Source of the DNA: Octopus vulgaris | Lineage: Eukaryota | Length of the DNA: 64,000 nucleotides | Direction: 5' to 3' | Assembly (NCBI GenBank): GCA_951406725.2 | Contig: OX597819.1 | Location: 60,636,001 to 60,700,000 of the forward strand | Part shown: positions 1-13,869 of the stretch, one piece after another | Numbering within the stretch: position 1 is the first letter of the stretch | How the letters are laid out: each line of letters begins with the position of its first letter | Notes under the pieces: generated by a model | Told to the model about the DNA's origin: nothing | What the model saw: only the letters and a program-made list of their open reading frames with translations | Databases searched by the model: none | Made by a program: the position numbers and the translations under genes

Positions 1-454
1 CCCCAAAATTTCAGGCCTGGTGCCTAGAGTAGAAAAGAATTTTGGTAACTGCATCTTCACTGTAAAATCTTATGATATAGGCAGAGGCATGACTGTGTGA
101 TTAAGAAGTCTACTTCCTAACCATGTGGTTTCAGTTTCAGTCCAACAGCACGACACCTTGCCTGGTAGTGTAGCCCCAGGCTGACCAATACTGTGCAAGT
201 GAATTTAGTTGGTGAAAATTGTGTGGAAGCTTGTTGCACATGTGTGTGTGTATTGCATATGTTCCCCTCTGCTTGACAACTGGTGTTGGTCTGCTTATGT
301 AACTTAGTGGTTTGGCAAAAGAGACTTATGGAATAAGTGCCAAACTTTAAAAAAAGTACTGGGGGTGATTTGTTTTAACTAGATCCTTCAAGGTGATGCC
401 CCAGCATGGCCACAGTGCAATAACTGAAACAAGTAAAAAATATAGAATACATAC

Positions 455-632
455 AGGAGTGGCTGTGTGGTAAGTAACTTGCTTCCCAACCACATGGTTC
501 CAGGTTCAGTCCCACTGCATGGCACTTTGGGCAAGTGTCTTCTAATATAGCCTCAGGCCAACCAAAGCCTTGTGAGTGGATTTGGTAGATGGAAACTGAA
601 AAAAGCCTGTCATATATATGTGTGTGTGTATG

Positions 633-681
<49 letters not shown>

Positions 682-906
682 GTGTGTATGTATGTATGTA
701 TATGTTTGTGTGTCTGTTTTTGTCCCCCCAACATTGCTTGACAACTGATGCTGGTGTGTACGTCAAAAGAGATCGATAGAATAAGTTCTGCAAAAGAGAC
801 CAATAGAATAAGTACTAGGTTTACAAAGACTAAGTCCTGGGGTCGATTTGCTCAACTAAAGGTGGTGCTCCAGCATGGCTACAGTCAAATGGCTGAAACA
901 AATTAA
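455..906 (+). mobile_element. tRNA-derived SINE family A (CORE-like segment, internal (TA)/(TG) microsatellite); older copy at 78-440
   Basis: A-box-like GTGGCTGTGTGGTAAG, B-box-like GGTTCAGTCCC, TTGGGCAAGTGTC segment, 3' end CCAGCATGGC..CAGTCAAATG.CTGAAACAA; roughly 20 full or partial copies in the window. Confidence 0.85.
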
Positions 907-1169
907 AAAAAAGAATACATACATACACACATTTATTGGATACAGTGCTCTTTTTTATTGTGGGAAAGTAGGTATAATCAGTCAACCTCCAAAGTATTAC
1001 AGGTACTTCAAGATGAAAGGTAAAGTTATTCCAGCTACTTCTAGTAACTCTAGAACAGTGATTCTCAACCATTTTTTACCTATGGACCCCTTAAATTCCT
1101 ATTTTATTCAGGTGGACCCTCATAGCTATTTGATGTTTTAAAAAAATCCTATGACATTTTTATAATTAA

Positions 1170-1561
1170 CCCTTCAGCATTCAGATTATTCTGTGAAATG
1201 TAATGTTTATTTATTTATTAATAAATTAATAATGCAATATCTCATAGCTTCATGATGTGATTGTATAATTTTTGAATGACTTTTTAGGGTAGGTGTGAGA
1301 GGTCAGCTCTGGCCAATTTGAATATTAAACAGATGAAATATTTCGGCCAGATATTACTCTTTTACTCTTTTACTTGTTTCAGTCATTTGACTGCAGCCAT
1401 GCTGGAGCACCGCCTTTAGTCGAGCAAATCGATCCCAGGACTTATTCTTTGTAAGCCTAGTATTTATTCTATCGGTCTCTTTTGCCGAACTGCTAAGTTA
1501 CAGGGATGTAAACACACCAGCATCGGTTGTCAAGCGATGTTGAGGGGACAAACACAGACAC

Positions 1562-1620
<59 letters not shown>

Positions 1621-1823
1621 TACACACACACACACATATATATATATACATATATATGATGGGCTTCTTTCAGTTTCCGTCTACCAAATCCATTCACAAG
1701 GCTTTGGTCGGCCTGAGGCTATAGTATAAGACACTTGCCCAAGGTGCCACGCAGTGGGAATGATTTGAATATCAAACAGATAAAATATTTCGGCTGGATA
1801 TGGCTGGTTTAAATGCTAAAGGG
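1170..1823. mobile_element. piggyBac-type MITE (TTAA target) nested in the hAT MITE
   Basis: TTAA|CCCTTCAGCATT ... AATGCTAAAGGG|TTAA; the empty-site copy at 23368-23621 has a single TTAA at this position. Confidence 0.75.
1355..1762 (-). mobile_element. SINE family A, 5'-truncated
   Basis: Reverse complement of the family A consensus with (TAAAAGAG)n tail. Confidence 0.85.
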
Positions 1824-2228
1824 TTAAATATTATTAGGAATTGTATAAAAAAAAAACTGTCAAAATATTTTAGAGCACGGTGGTGCTCCAGCATGACCAC
1901 AGCCACATGACTGAAATGAGTAAAAGAGTATATTGTGGCAGTATAACCAATTTATTGCCGATAAGTTTAAACAACAAAATCTTATATGACACCCACCACT
2001 ACCACAATGAAGGGTCATATTGACCCCAGTTGAGGATCATTGTTCTTGAAGCACTTGAACTCTTGCTTAAAAGTACTGAATCTACATCCTGTAAAACATC
2101 TAATTTCACTCTTTTTTGCTGGTTTCATGAACCCTGCCATTTTTCATAGATTACATAACATGAGCCTAGTCATCTACAATTTTTATACTTGGCCATTACC
2201 ATCACCATCATCTTTATTATTATCATCA

Positions 2229-2298
<70 letters not shown>

Positions 2299-3565
2299 CA
2301 TTATTGGTGTATTTACATTCCAAAATTATACACCAGGGAAAATGACTCATTGACTTGTTCTGTAACTTTTATAAATATTTCAGTTTTTCTTTTTTTTTCT
2401 AGTTTACTTTCATAAAACAGCCAATTGTAAACTGCAGCTTTAATTCTTCTGTATTCTTTTATTCTTTGTTGGGAACCTAATGACTCTCAGAGAAATAAAT
2501 TGTGTGAATCTAATACAATGCATCTGAGGCAATTCCTTGACATGCTTATTAATAATTATTGCTGTGAGTTCCTTGTAAAGAGTGTGGTTAACTGAAGCAG
2601 TTAGAATAATGTGTCTTCTTGCCTAAGAGAAATGTTTGCACCACATTTTGAAACCTGTGTCTGTCTGTGTCTGTCTTTGTGCTTGGTTGTCTTATACATT
2701 GACCAATGCTTGCTACTATATTTAGTGCAGAGGTGAAGTGTCTTCTACGAATAAGGTTTTATTTTATTGGACATGAATGTGAAAAACAGTGTTGGTGGTA
2801 GTGATGGTGGTGGTGGTGGTGGTGGTGATGGTGGCAGCTTTCTTTTTTAATCATTTTTGTACAATTTGGTTTGATTTGTGAACTTGCCCTATACAAAGAT
2901 GAAAATAGCTGTAGTAGTGGTGGTGCTGGTGGTGGTACTGATGACTAGTTTTTTTTGTCCATTATCAGTACTATTTGGTTTGATTTGTAAACTTGCCCTG
3001 TACAAGGATAATAATAGCTGTGGTGGTAGTGGAGTTGATGATGATTTGGTGCTAGTGATGATAGTGGTGATGGTGATGATGATGATGATGTGGTGTTAGT
3101 GATGGTGATGGTGATGATGATGATGATATCTTTTTTTCATTATGGTACAATTTGGTTAGATTTATGAACTTCCACCAGTTAATTCCTCTCCACCAGTTAA
3201 TTCTTCTGTGAATGATAATAACCAATTACCTTACTTCTGTAACAGTAACCCCCACTCCACCATTAATGGTATTGAGATGCTGTTTATTCACAGAACCCTG
3301 ACCATTGAACTGGACCTTCCACAAACCTTGTTTGTAAAAGAATAAGAATGATGGATGGTCAATGCATTCAGAAATTATTGAATTAATTGTTCAATCAGGA
3401 GGCCAGTCACTTGGTGGATTATGGTAGTGGCCACATAGAGACAATGGTGACTACAGACAATACCAATTGGATGGGGTGGAAGAACAAATTGTTATATTTG
3501 AAATATTAGTAAATGTTGTCTTGACATCCAACATGTACACACACACAAGCACTCTCACTCTTTCT

Positions 3566-3612
<47 letters not shown>

Positions 3613-6542
3613 GCACAAGTTAATTGAGAACGTTTTGGGTACAAATTCTTCCCCTAATCAGTCTGTCTGCTTCTGTCCCTGTCTCTGTCTCTCTCCCTCT
3701 CTCTTTCTCCTTCACTCTCTCTATCTATTCATCTATCCATCTATCTCTTCCATTACCTCTCTTTCTCCCCCTCTCTCTCTCTCTCTCACTCTCTTGACAT
3801 CAACCCACCTAAATTCTCTGATACAAATTTAGAATATGCATAATTTAATCAAAATTTTCCAGCATAAAGTTAAAACTGTAAGTGTGGCTGTGTGCTTGAG
3901 AAGTTTGCTTTACAGCCACATGGTTCCAGGTTCAATATCACTGCATGACACTCTGGAGCAAGTGTCTTCTCCTAAAACACTTGGCTGGCCAAGACCTTGG
4001 GAATCAATTTGGCTAATTAAGTAAGTAGGTCTGCTCATGTATGGCTTTCCTGCATCTAAGCAACAACATCGACAACCATAGCAGAAATCGCCCCTTTCTT
4101 GACTGGACTACGGCAAGAAATAATTGAAATGTTTCTCCACAAACTACTTGAACCTGCATCAAAAACTTAGTCTTCATTGAGCTTACAATAACCCCTGCTG
4201 TATTCACACATCTATATTCTGTGTGTGTGTGTGTGTGTGTTTTGTTTAACCATTTAGCTTTCTGATTACTATCAAATGTAATGATCAAATGCAATGCTTT
4301 TTTATTCACATTGTTTTGAATTAATCATGTATTGTCCTGTACTTCCAAGATTTCAATGATGTGATTGCTTATTTTGAGAATGACATTGTAGGGCAGGTCT
4401 AAGAGGCCACATCTGGTCAGTTTGAACATAAATCAGGTAAAATATTTAGGCCAGATATGGCTGGATTAAATCCTAAAGGGTTTATTCATTACTTTGACTC
4501 AGTTGTATTTTGACTTGGCTTAGTCTCTTCCAAAACCACAACATGGACCCTTAGCACTATCACAAGTTACTCTGTGCTACAGGCTTTGGTTGAGGACATC
4601 AATTTTATTGTTGTTTAGTAACTAAAATATATCTTACTCTGCTCTCTTTCAACATACTCAAAATATCTATTCTACAAGTGAAAGTGGAGCCTCTATAACT
4701 GGGACTGCCAACCTGAGGTCTGTGGGCCACATGTGGTCCGCAGACTTTTATCTTGTGGCCTGCTTGATACTTTCTTGAAATGGGTTTATTTAAACAAACA
4801 TTTAAAAAATTTTATCAAAAATTAAAGATTGTAATGAAAAATAAAAAGGGAAGATACTACTGTTTTTGCAACAATAATATTTCATGTTGAATCAACGGGA
4901 ATTCATTCATTATTGTAATAATAGCACGAGAATGCAAAGTGCTTTCAATTCTGTCAGTATACAAGTGGCCTTTGGAAATCTTTCTGTGATTACAGTGGCT
5001 CGCAGTGTAATTCGAATTGGCCAGGCATGCTCTAGAGTCACTTGATCTGCTGGAAACAGTAGCCAAATCTCTCTCAAATTATACCTTGTTGTCCTGAAAA
5101 ATGAAAAGTCACGTTGGATAGTGTAGTGCTAAATATGCAATGTTTGAGGAAAAAATACTGGATGGTCATGATTGGAATGCCTTTGATCATGATTGGACTG
5201 CCTTTGATTATTGTTGGAATGCCTTTGTTCATTGAAGGCTGACCTGAGGCTAAAAAACAACTCAATGTAGCCACGCCATGTTTTAGTAGCGTGTCTAACT
5301 CTAAACTCCAACCTTTATCCTTGGTTCCTCTGAGATCAACTAATCCGTTATTAATTCATAAAATAAATCCAGTAGTTGGGGCTAATCTTATCTTATTTTT
5401 TTCTTCAGTCTGTTTTGTTCATCTTTCACTTCCTTATAATTTTTGTTGCACACGTCTTACTGCTATCCACGTTAATGAAAATAGTACATCTGTTGCTTAT
5501 TGGAACACTAGTTTGCCAAATGTTTGCTTGCTATCAAGAAACCTAACGACTACATTCTACACAGGCTGGGTACTCCTCTATTTTTGTTTCTAAACAATAT
5601 ATGAAGTATATTTTTAGTTAAATTTTAGCTTACACAAGTGGAATGTTATGTATTATTAAAACTGATTACAAAAAAAAAAAAAAAAAAAAAAATACTAAAC
5701 AAAACATGAGTGGGAAGCGTTACCATGTTTAGTCCTAAGCAGGTCAGACAGTCATCTCTACTGATGCTTATGTACAACAATTCTCGCCAATACTTCTAAT
5801 GATATGAGCAACACTTACAACTAACTGATAGTTACTCCCGTGCTTGGGAAATGTAGCAAATTACTATGTACTGTTGAAAGATTGTTCTAATTAACTAGAA
5901 GTTTTACTAAACTGGTTTTATTTATTTTTTTTTTAAATGCTAATAATCCCCTTTATCCTTCTCTCACCCTCTACAAAAAAAAAAGTAAAAAAAAAACCCC
6001 ACATGATGCCTAAGTCAGACTTAATGAAACTTGAAAATGTGAAAAGAGATACTTGAGATGAACAAGTTATAATTCTGTGAATATATCAGATGAATTTTGT
6101 TATATAAGTAAGAGCATCTGTGCTGCGAAAGTAGTTTAATGTTAGGCTATAATTGCTGTATATGTGTCACGTCTACTTTATTTGGACATAACCAGGGAAT
6201 TGAAAAATTAACACAGATAACATTAAAAAATAAAAATTAAAAAAAAAAAAACTAAAAGAAAAAAAAAACTAGTGTCATGAATTCATGATGAGACAAGTAG
6301 TAACCAGAACCAAGGTAGACTTAACATGATATATTTAAGTTGCTGAAATAAAAGGGAATTAATTAGGAATATAATAATTTATAAAGCATATAATGTTGAT
6401 TTTCAGAGTGGAAGGCAGAAATGTTTAGTCACTAAGTGTTTTTAATATATACTCAAAATAACCACTTAGCAAGTCCTGTAGACCATCAGGCACTTTCAAC
6501 CACTTTATTACTGTGTATAGCACAAGGGGTCTAGGTCTAGGT

Positions 6543-6804
6543 CAGTGGTTGTCAGCCAATTTTTTTTACCTATGGATCCCTTTGATTCCTATTTTAATGA
6601 AGTGGACAATCATAATATTCCATGTTTAAAAAATTGTGTTATATTTTAATAATTAAATTTTAATAATTAAATATTATTAGGAGTTGCATAAAAACAAAAT
6701 GTTAAAAGGTTTTGCGTATTGTAGAATTTATAGCACCTAAATTTTAACAACAAAATCTTATATGACCCCACAAAGCTCATATGAACCTTGGCTGAGAACC
6801 ACTT
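6543..6804. mobile_element. hAT-type MITE
   Basis: CAGTGGTTGTCAGCC...GGCTGAGAACCACT termini, TSD gtctaggt/gtgtaggt. Confidence 0.75.
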
Positions 6805-8705
6805 GTGTAGGTTAAAGAAATATATATCTCTATAGTAAAGAAATATATATGAAATTACTGTGTCAGATTGGTGTGTTGTTAACCCTATGTTTACTATTTA
6901 TCTATCTATTCTCATGTAAAGTAACTGTGCTAATTCTCTTGCTTATGCTGTCTACTAAGTAAGCACATTTAATCCTTGCCAAAATACATCTTCAGTTTTC
7001 CCTCACTATCTCTATAGTATCTGTGATTCTATTTCCTGGTACAAATCCAAACCACATGCTATTTATGTAAATAACAATAACTAATAAAAACAGATTTAAA
7101 CAAAGCAAATATTCTCTCCCTGGGTAAAGGTTGCATACAGAACAGGTGTAGGCATAGCTTGTGGTGGAGAAGTTTGCATCCAAACCACATTGTTCTAGGT
7201 TCAGACCCACTGTGTAGCACCTTGGGTAGGTGTCTTCTATCATAGCCCCAGGTCGACGAAAGTCTTGTGAAAGGATTTGGTTGGCAGAAACTGAAAGTAA
7301 CCCTTCACAAACACACACACACATAATCACCATCATGATCATGATCATCATCCTCATCATCATTTTATGCCTGTCTTTCATGCTAGTATGGGTTGGACGG
7401 TTTGATAGGAGCTGGTCAGCCAGGGAACTGTCCAGGCTCCAATTGTCTGTTTTTGCAAGTGCCAACCACTTTACAGGTATGCTGGGTGCTTTGTGTGTGC
7501 ATGTGTGTCTTTGTGTTTGTCACTACCATTCCATTTGACAACTGTTGTTGGTTTGTTCATGTCCCTGTAACTTAGCAATTTGGCAAAAGGGACTGATAGA
7601 ATAAGTACCAGACTTACAGCACTGGGGTCGATTTTCTCAACTAAATACTTCAAGTCAGTGCTCCAGCATGGCCACAGTTCAATGACTCATAACAAGTAAA
7701 TAACGGTATAATTATATACATGCAAATATGCACATATTATTACACAAACAAAAATGTCTATTTTCAGACATTTTTAGAGTTGAAGCTTTACAAATGTTTT
7801 ACTTTTTTAAATGGTAAAAAAAAAAAAAAAAGTAGTGATAATTTGAATCTGTGTTAAGTAATGCGAATAGTTGAAACAGCGGAATTAATTTAGTGCCAGG
7901 AGGATGACGAGAAGTCTAATGTTTTAGGCAAAACTCTCTAGTGGAGACATTTTATCTGTCTGAGGAAGGATTCTGAAGAAAATGTCACACTTGTCCTCTC
8001 CCTCTTGGGATTAAATTTATTCAGCTTTTTGCAGTATAGTGTTTCTCAGTTTAGTTATCACGAAAAACATGAGGGTGTCAACATGTCTCACAAAGTATGG
8101 GACAAGATCTACAAATTTACAATATTAAGTTAGGTCAGGTTCATTGATATTCAAAAAATTCTCACAAATAATTTTCTAGGAAGTGTTAATAGATTAAGAA
8201 ATATGACTAAATTCTGACATCTTAAGAATTTAAAAATTGCTGTGGTGTGTGCGTGCATGCGTGCTCCTTTGTTTTTACATATGTTTTCCATGCTAGCATA
8301 GGTTAGATAAATATGTTATTCAAGTATTGTTTTACAGCTGGATGCTTTCATCTTATGTTTTTCAAGTAATGTGTCTCTTATTTGACATGGCTTAGAAGAA
8401 ACAAAGTGACTGAATGATTTACAATATTGCTTAAACATCTTCATTTCTTTTTTGGATTTGGTTTGCAAGATTCTTTATATGAGTTCGTGCGTTGAAGCAT
8501 ATTCTGTTGTGTCTGGGGAGAGTCATTCTCTTTTAGTACCTTATTATTTAAGACACTCACTGGTAAAATTTCCACTTATTTCGTCTTTTTATTTTCCTAA
8601 AATTTTCATTGTGTCTTGCAACCTTTCCAATAGTCTTGACTCTGTCCGTTATTTCTGTCTAAGCAAATGCAGATATAAACAAATGCACAGGCATATGCGC
8701 ACGCG

Positions 8706-8753
<48 letters not shown>

Positions 8754-10321
8754 AAGGGCTTCGTTTTGGTTTCTGTCTTCCAAATTCACTCACAAGCCTC
8801 CGGTTAGGCCAGTGAAACTCATCCTGCTCTTGTTCCCCTCAAATGAGAAGAAATTTGACTGGGACCCAGATGGACCTTGTCTGGCTCTCGCAAAAGTACC
8901 TGAGGTGACTGTTCCAAATGAGATCCTATGTGTTAAGAGCAGGATTCCACTTCCTCCCACATTACATTTGGCTAAAATTATCTGGGTTGTAATATTTATT
9001 TGTGTGTCTGCATGTACGTGCATGCATGCATGTGTGTGTGTATGTGCATATATTAAATTTTATCTCAGTTTACATTGTGTGTATGTGTGTCCATGAGTTT
9101 GTATGTGTGTATACATACATACATACACACGCACAGATATATCATCATCATCATCATCGTTTAACATCTGTCTTCCATGCTTGATGGGTAGGATGGTTGA
9201 CAGGAGCCGGCCAGGTAGGAAACTACTCCAGGCTACTGTGTCTGTTTTGGCAGGAGTTTTACAGCAGGATGCCCTTCCTAACACCGACCACTGCTTATAT
9301 TATTTATTTGTGTGTACATTTGTGTATGTGTATGAATTTCAGTCTATCTCTGTGTATCAGCTTACTAACAGATCCAGGTGTGGCTGATTAAGAATTTTTG
9401 TGATCATGTGACTTTCAGCATGTGACCTCTTTACTTTCCTAATACAAACCTTGTAGATTACTGTCAGGGGCTACATAGAGAGGAGAACCAACCTTTGACA
9501 CCCCCACCCCCATCATGATTCCAAAAACTAAACGAAGGCCACCATTGTGAACATGATGTATAATATGAATGAGAACCCCATGATCATACACTCACTTCTG
9601 TGGCCCCCTTGAAGTCATCTTTGAAATTTTGAACAGTTTTATTGAAGAGACACTTTCTTAAATATATGTAATTTAACACATATTATTGTTTGAAAAACAT
9701 CTTTTATTTGAATATTGTTTGAAAAACATCTTTTTCTCTATTTAATACTTTTGTTTTCCTTGTACTTTAATTTGTTCTCAGTTCCCTGATCTCAGAATAG
9801 TTTACACCATTGAGTGAATAGTACTTGGAAGTCCTTTTGCTTTCTGTCTTGCAAGCTGGCATGTTGAGGAGCAAACTAAAATACTTAAACACTTGGTTGA
9901 GGATTTCCCTAGACTATCAATGGTTTTCCTGGATCTTAAAGGACCCATTTTTATTTTCTAGTGAGAGGAGGCTAGATTTGAACTCAAAATGCACAGAGCT
10001 GAAACAAATATCACAAAGCATCCATTACATTCTGCCATACATTACGCCTAACCGCCATCCTGACTAGCAGTTTATATATTGACACCAAATAAATGAAAGA
10101 CAAAATGGATCTCAGCAGAGAGCCAGTAAATTTGCTGTGTATTTATATTTCAGAGAAATAATCCAACTAAATCACTCACTTCAGCTGAATCAAAAACACC
10201 CCTGCTTGATGTCAAAGTGTGAACTTGAATTTCTTTTATTTAAATAATTTATTTGTAAGGAAGTAAAGTTTTTTTGGCATGTAGAATTACATACACACAC
10301 ACACACACACACATTTTAATC

Positions 10322-11085
10322 TGACATGGATATTGGAGAAAAAATTATTGGTATAGAGGAGTGCCTTCAGGATAGAGGTATATTCATTAATAATGTTAAA
10401 TTGTGTAAAACGTATGCATTTTTGTGCTTTGTGTTTTATGATTTTAAGCATTTAATAAATTGTTGTTCCATTAAATGCAAGTATGTATTCACTGTGGGAA
10501 TTACATTATCTGAGTTTTTTTTTCCTATTTATCTGGTATGAGCTTTGTAGAATTCATTCATTAATCTAGTTGGGGTGGGGTAATGGTGGAAATTGTGTTT
10601 CTGGTTTGTTAGAATAATAGTTTTTTCTTTCTATTTTTTTAGTGCAAAGGAGTTTTTATTTTTTGTTTTAAAGTATTTTTGCAATTTGTGTAGTTTCTTT
10701 GTTGATATCAATGAGTGTGGTGAATGAGGTTTTGTTGTAGGTGTCAGGAATGGAATTTTGCAAGTTGCTTTTAGGTGTGTGACTGGGTTTGGTTCATAGA
10801 ATTTTTTTTTTTAATTTTGTCCAAATGTGCATAAGGATGCAAAAATGATGTTAGTTTGTTCTTAACAGTTTTCTAGAAATATTGCATATAAATTAGTGGG
10901 AGGATATTCTGCAGTCATCAAGAATGAAGTTAGGTTTTGATGTCGAGCCCTGGTTCTTCTTGGCAAGCCAAACAACAGCACTTTCCATCTCATTCTTTTA
11001 AGGAAGTCCTTGGCCCTGAACATTAGGAGATTTTATTCCTTCATGGTATGGTGATATTCTTGAGAAAGGATTTGACCAGAGATTT
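10322..11085 (-). pseudogene. Decayed Penelope-like element ORF fragment (N-terminal region and start of RT)
   Basis: Minus-strand pieces LLMFRAKDFLKRMRWKVLLF, LTNQKHNF..PTRLMN and RFTQFNIINEYTSI resemble the PLE motifs FIKRMRWKA, LKDHK.NF...RLIN and FIQFDI..FYPSI; many stops and frameshifts. Confidence 0.65.
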
Positions 11086-11172
11086 TTACACTTTTTTTCC
11101 ATTTTATCCTTTGTTTTCTTTAGGGTAGGTTAGAACACTTGACTTCAAGGAGTGTCTATTTGTATTGTGTGG

Positions 11173-11211
<39 letters not shown>

Positions 11212-11404
11212 CATATGTACACCCACAGATAGCTTAGGATGGATGGTTTGACAAGATCCAATGGTTCAAAGTGGCCACATCTTACTCCAATGCACATACA
11301 TGTATGCATATATATGTGTATCTATTTATATGCATATACATGTCCATTTATATATCAGAGATATATATAGTTTGCGTAGTTTTTATAACTATTTTGATTA
11401 TGTT

Positions 11405-11699
11405 CATAAAGCACCATCCAAACGTGGCCGATGCCAGTACCCCCTGACTGGCTCCCGTGCTGGTGGCACGTAAAAAGCACTATCCAAATGGGATCGATGC
11501 CAGGCCTGCCTGACTGGCTCCTGTGTTGGTGGCATGTAAAAAGCACCCACTACATTGTCGGAGTGGTTGGCATTAGGAAGGGCATCCAGCTGTAGAAACA
11601 TTGCCAGATCAGACTGGAGCCTGGTGCAGCTGCTGGCTCTCTAGACCTCAGTCAAACCGTCCAACCCATGCCAGCATGGAAAACAGACGTTAAACGATA

Positions 11700-11740
<41 letters not shown>
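11405..11740 (+). mobile_element. SINE family B ((GAT)n-tailed, GGCRTTAGGAAGGGCATCCAGC domain resembling MetaSINEs as recalled)
   Basis: GTGGCACGTAAAAAGCACC units, GAGTGGTTGGCATTAGGAAGGGCATCCAGCTGTAGAAAC, CCAACCCATGC.AGCATGGAAA..GGACGTTAAAC(GAT)n; other copies about 16028-16180, 22492-22770, 24414-24735, 27434-27775, 33760-33942, 62655-62945. Confidence 0.8.
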
Positions 11741-11741
<1 letters not shown>

Positions 11742-12399
11742 CATATTAATTCATGCACATATGTGCAAGATTGTCTGGATGTAATATGTATTGTTGTCTT
11801 GGGGCCACATAAAAAAGCCCCCGTACCAGTGTCATGTAAAAAGCACCTGTGTTGGTGCCCTGTAGAAAGCACCCATGCTGGTACCATGTACAAAGCAGCC
11901 GTGTTGGATCCACATATAAATTAGCCATGCTGGTGCCATGCATAAAGCACCCAGTACACTCTGTAAAATGTTTAGTGTTAAGAAGGACTTCCAGCCATAG
12001 GAACCATGCCAAAACAGACAATTGGAGCTTGGACTGCTCTCCAGCTGACCAGCTCCTTTCAAAGCATCCAACAGATGTAAAAATATGATGATGATATACA
12101 TGTGTGTGTGTGTGTGTAGGTATACATATGTTTATATATAAGTATACATACCACACCACATCATACCACCCTGCACACACTAGCACTGACCACTTCCCAG
12201 TACCCAAACCATCATCCACACACCTACACATGCACATGTCAAAGTCACCAGCCCATATCCACATGCACATACATGCTCTCACATACACATGGACATGCAC
12301 CTTCATTTTGGGATCACCACTACTTTATTATCTCCCCTTCTTCTTAGCTCTCCTGTCTGACCACCTCTGTCCGGCATTCACCATGATTGATCACTAGCC

Positions 12400-12572
12400 A
12401 CAAAACCTTTTTTACTTTCTCTCGCTGCTTATTTCTGTGTTCCTTTCCATTGAAGAACATAGGCTCGAAACGTAAAAGACTTTCTCACTTCCTGAGCATT
12501 AAACTAATACATCTGTTTGTTGTTTATACACCGATCTTCGTCTTTTGTTTTGTCTTTTTTGTAATTTCCAAC
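12400..12572 (+). mobile_element. Penelope-type terminal repeat fragment with decayed hammerhead-like motif (12442-12479)
   Basis: ccttt CCATTGA a gaac atag gctc GAAA CGTA aaaga; paralogous to 26417-26553; followed by TA-rich microsatellite. Confidence 0.55.
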
Positions 12573-13341
12573 TATGTATACCTATATATATATGTATATA
12601 TATATGTGTGTGTGTGTGTGTATTGTCATTTTACACTTTGTATGTATACATAGTTTTATGCATATATGTGTGTATGGTCATGTTGATGTAATAGTTATAT
12701 GCTTTCTATGTCTTTGTAAGTATATACGTATTGCCTGTTTCAGTGTATCTCTGTGTATATCATCATATTAACAGCTATACCACCCCTCTCTATCAGGCTC
12801 CACCCAGTGAAACAATTTTACATAAAATGATCAATTTTCATGTCAAATTACATTTATTTAAATTTAACTCCATTTCTAACTCGTTTGTTTTTTTAGCTCT
12901 TTTCTCAATTTTTTCTTTTATTTTTATCTTCTCATGTAAACTGCTCCTCTCCTTATGACCAATATTATATGACATGAATGTATGTATCATTTTCCCTGCG
13001 TAACTCCAATTTATAAATTAGTTTTTAAAAAAAATCTGTTTAAAAAAAATATGCTGGTAAACACTCTTCTTGGATTACAGTCTCTCTCCAACTAATGATT
13101 TTAATCTCTCTCCCCATCCTATATAAGTTATCATACCAAACATACAAAACTAAGTCTGTTGGATATACTTTATGTTTCTAATTTCTTATTGATTCACTCT
13201 GACGATTCTCAGTTATGATGAAACTGGGCAATCTACGTAAGAAATTGTACTTTCAATTCCTTTAATGTGTATGTGTGTGTGTGTGTGTACATGTAAATTT
13301 TGCTTCTCAGCCACATGGTTCTAGGTTTAGTCCCACTTTGT

Positions 13342-13690
13342 GAGGCCGTCTGCCAGCCTCGTCTGGCACCTGTGTCGGTGGCACATAAAAAACACCATCC
13401 GAGCGTGGCCGTCTGCCAGCCTCGCCTGGCACCTGTGTCGGTGGCACATAAAGAAACACCATCCGAGTGTGACCGTCTGCCAGCCTCGTCTGGCACCTGT
13501 GTCGGTGGCACATAAAATCACCCACTACACTCTCGGAGTGGTTGGCTTTAGGAAGGGCATCCAGCTGTAGAAACACTGCCAGATCTGACTGGCCTGGTGC
13601 AGCCTTCGGGCTTGCCAGACCCCAGTTGAACCGTCCAACCCATGCTAGCATGGAAAGCGGACGTTAAACGATGATGATGATGATGATGAT
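13342..13690 (+). mobile_element. SINE family B with internal 63-64-bp tandem units, inserted into a family A SINE (13290-13790)
   Basis: Units start at 13345, 13408 and 13472; host SINE resumes at ACCTTGGGCAAGTGTC after the (GAT)n tail. Confidence 0.8.
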
Positions 13691-13783
13691 GTGTCACCTT
13701 GGGCAAGTGTCTTCTACGATTGCTCTGGGGCTAACCAAAGCCTTATGAGTGGATTTGATGAGCAAAAACTGAAAGAAGCCCAT

Positions 13784-13831
<48 letters not shown>

Positions 13832-13869
13832 AAATTAAGCAGAAAATAGAGAAATCTTGATCAACAGCA

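Larger units (their letters stand above)
1056..2042. mobile_element. hAT-Charlie-type MITE carrying nested insertions
   Basis: CAGTGATTCTCAACC...GTTGAGGATCATTG termini, TSD ctctagaa/ttcttgaa; uninterrupted relatives at 6543-6804 and 23368-23621. Confidence 0.75.

Noticed and set aside
8590-8642. Minus-strand hairpin gttgcaagacacaat followed by GAAA
   Set aside because: No CUGANGA core; part of an unclassified repeat
13195-13235. CTGACGA...GAAACTGGGCAATC, with a similar word at 17101-17155, as a hammerhead
   Set aside because: Stems I and III cannot be formed; at most a heavily decayed remnant
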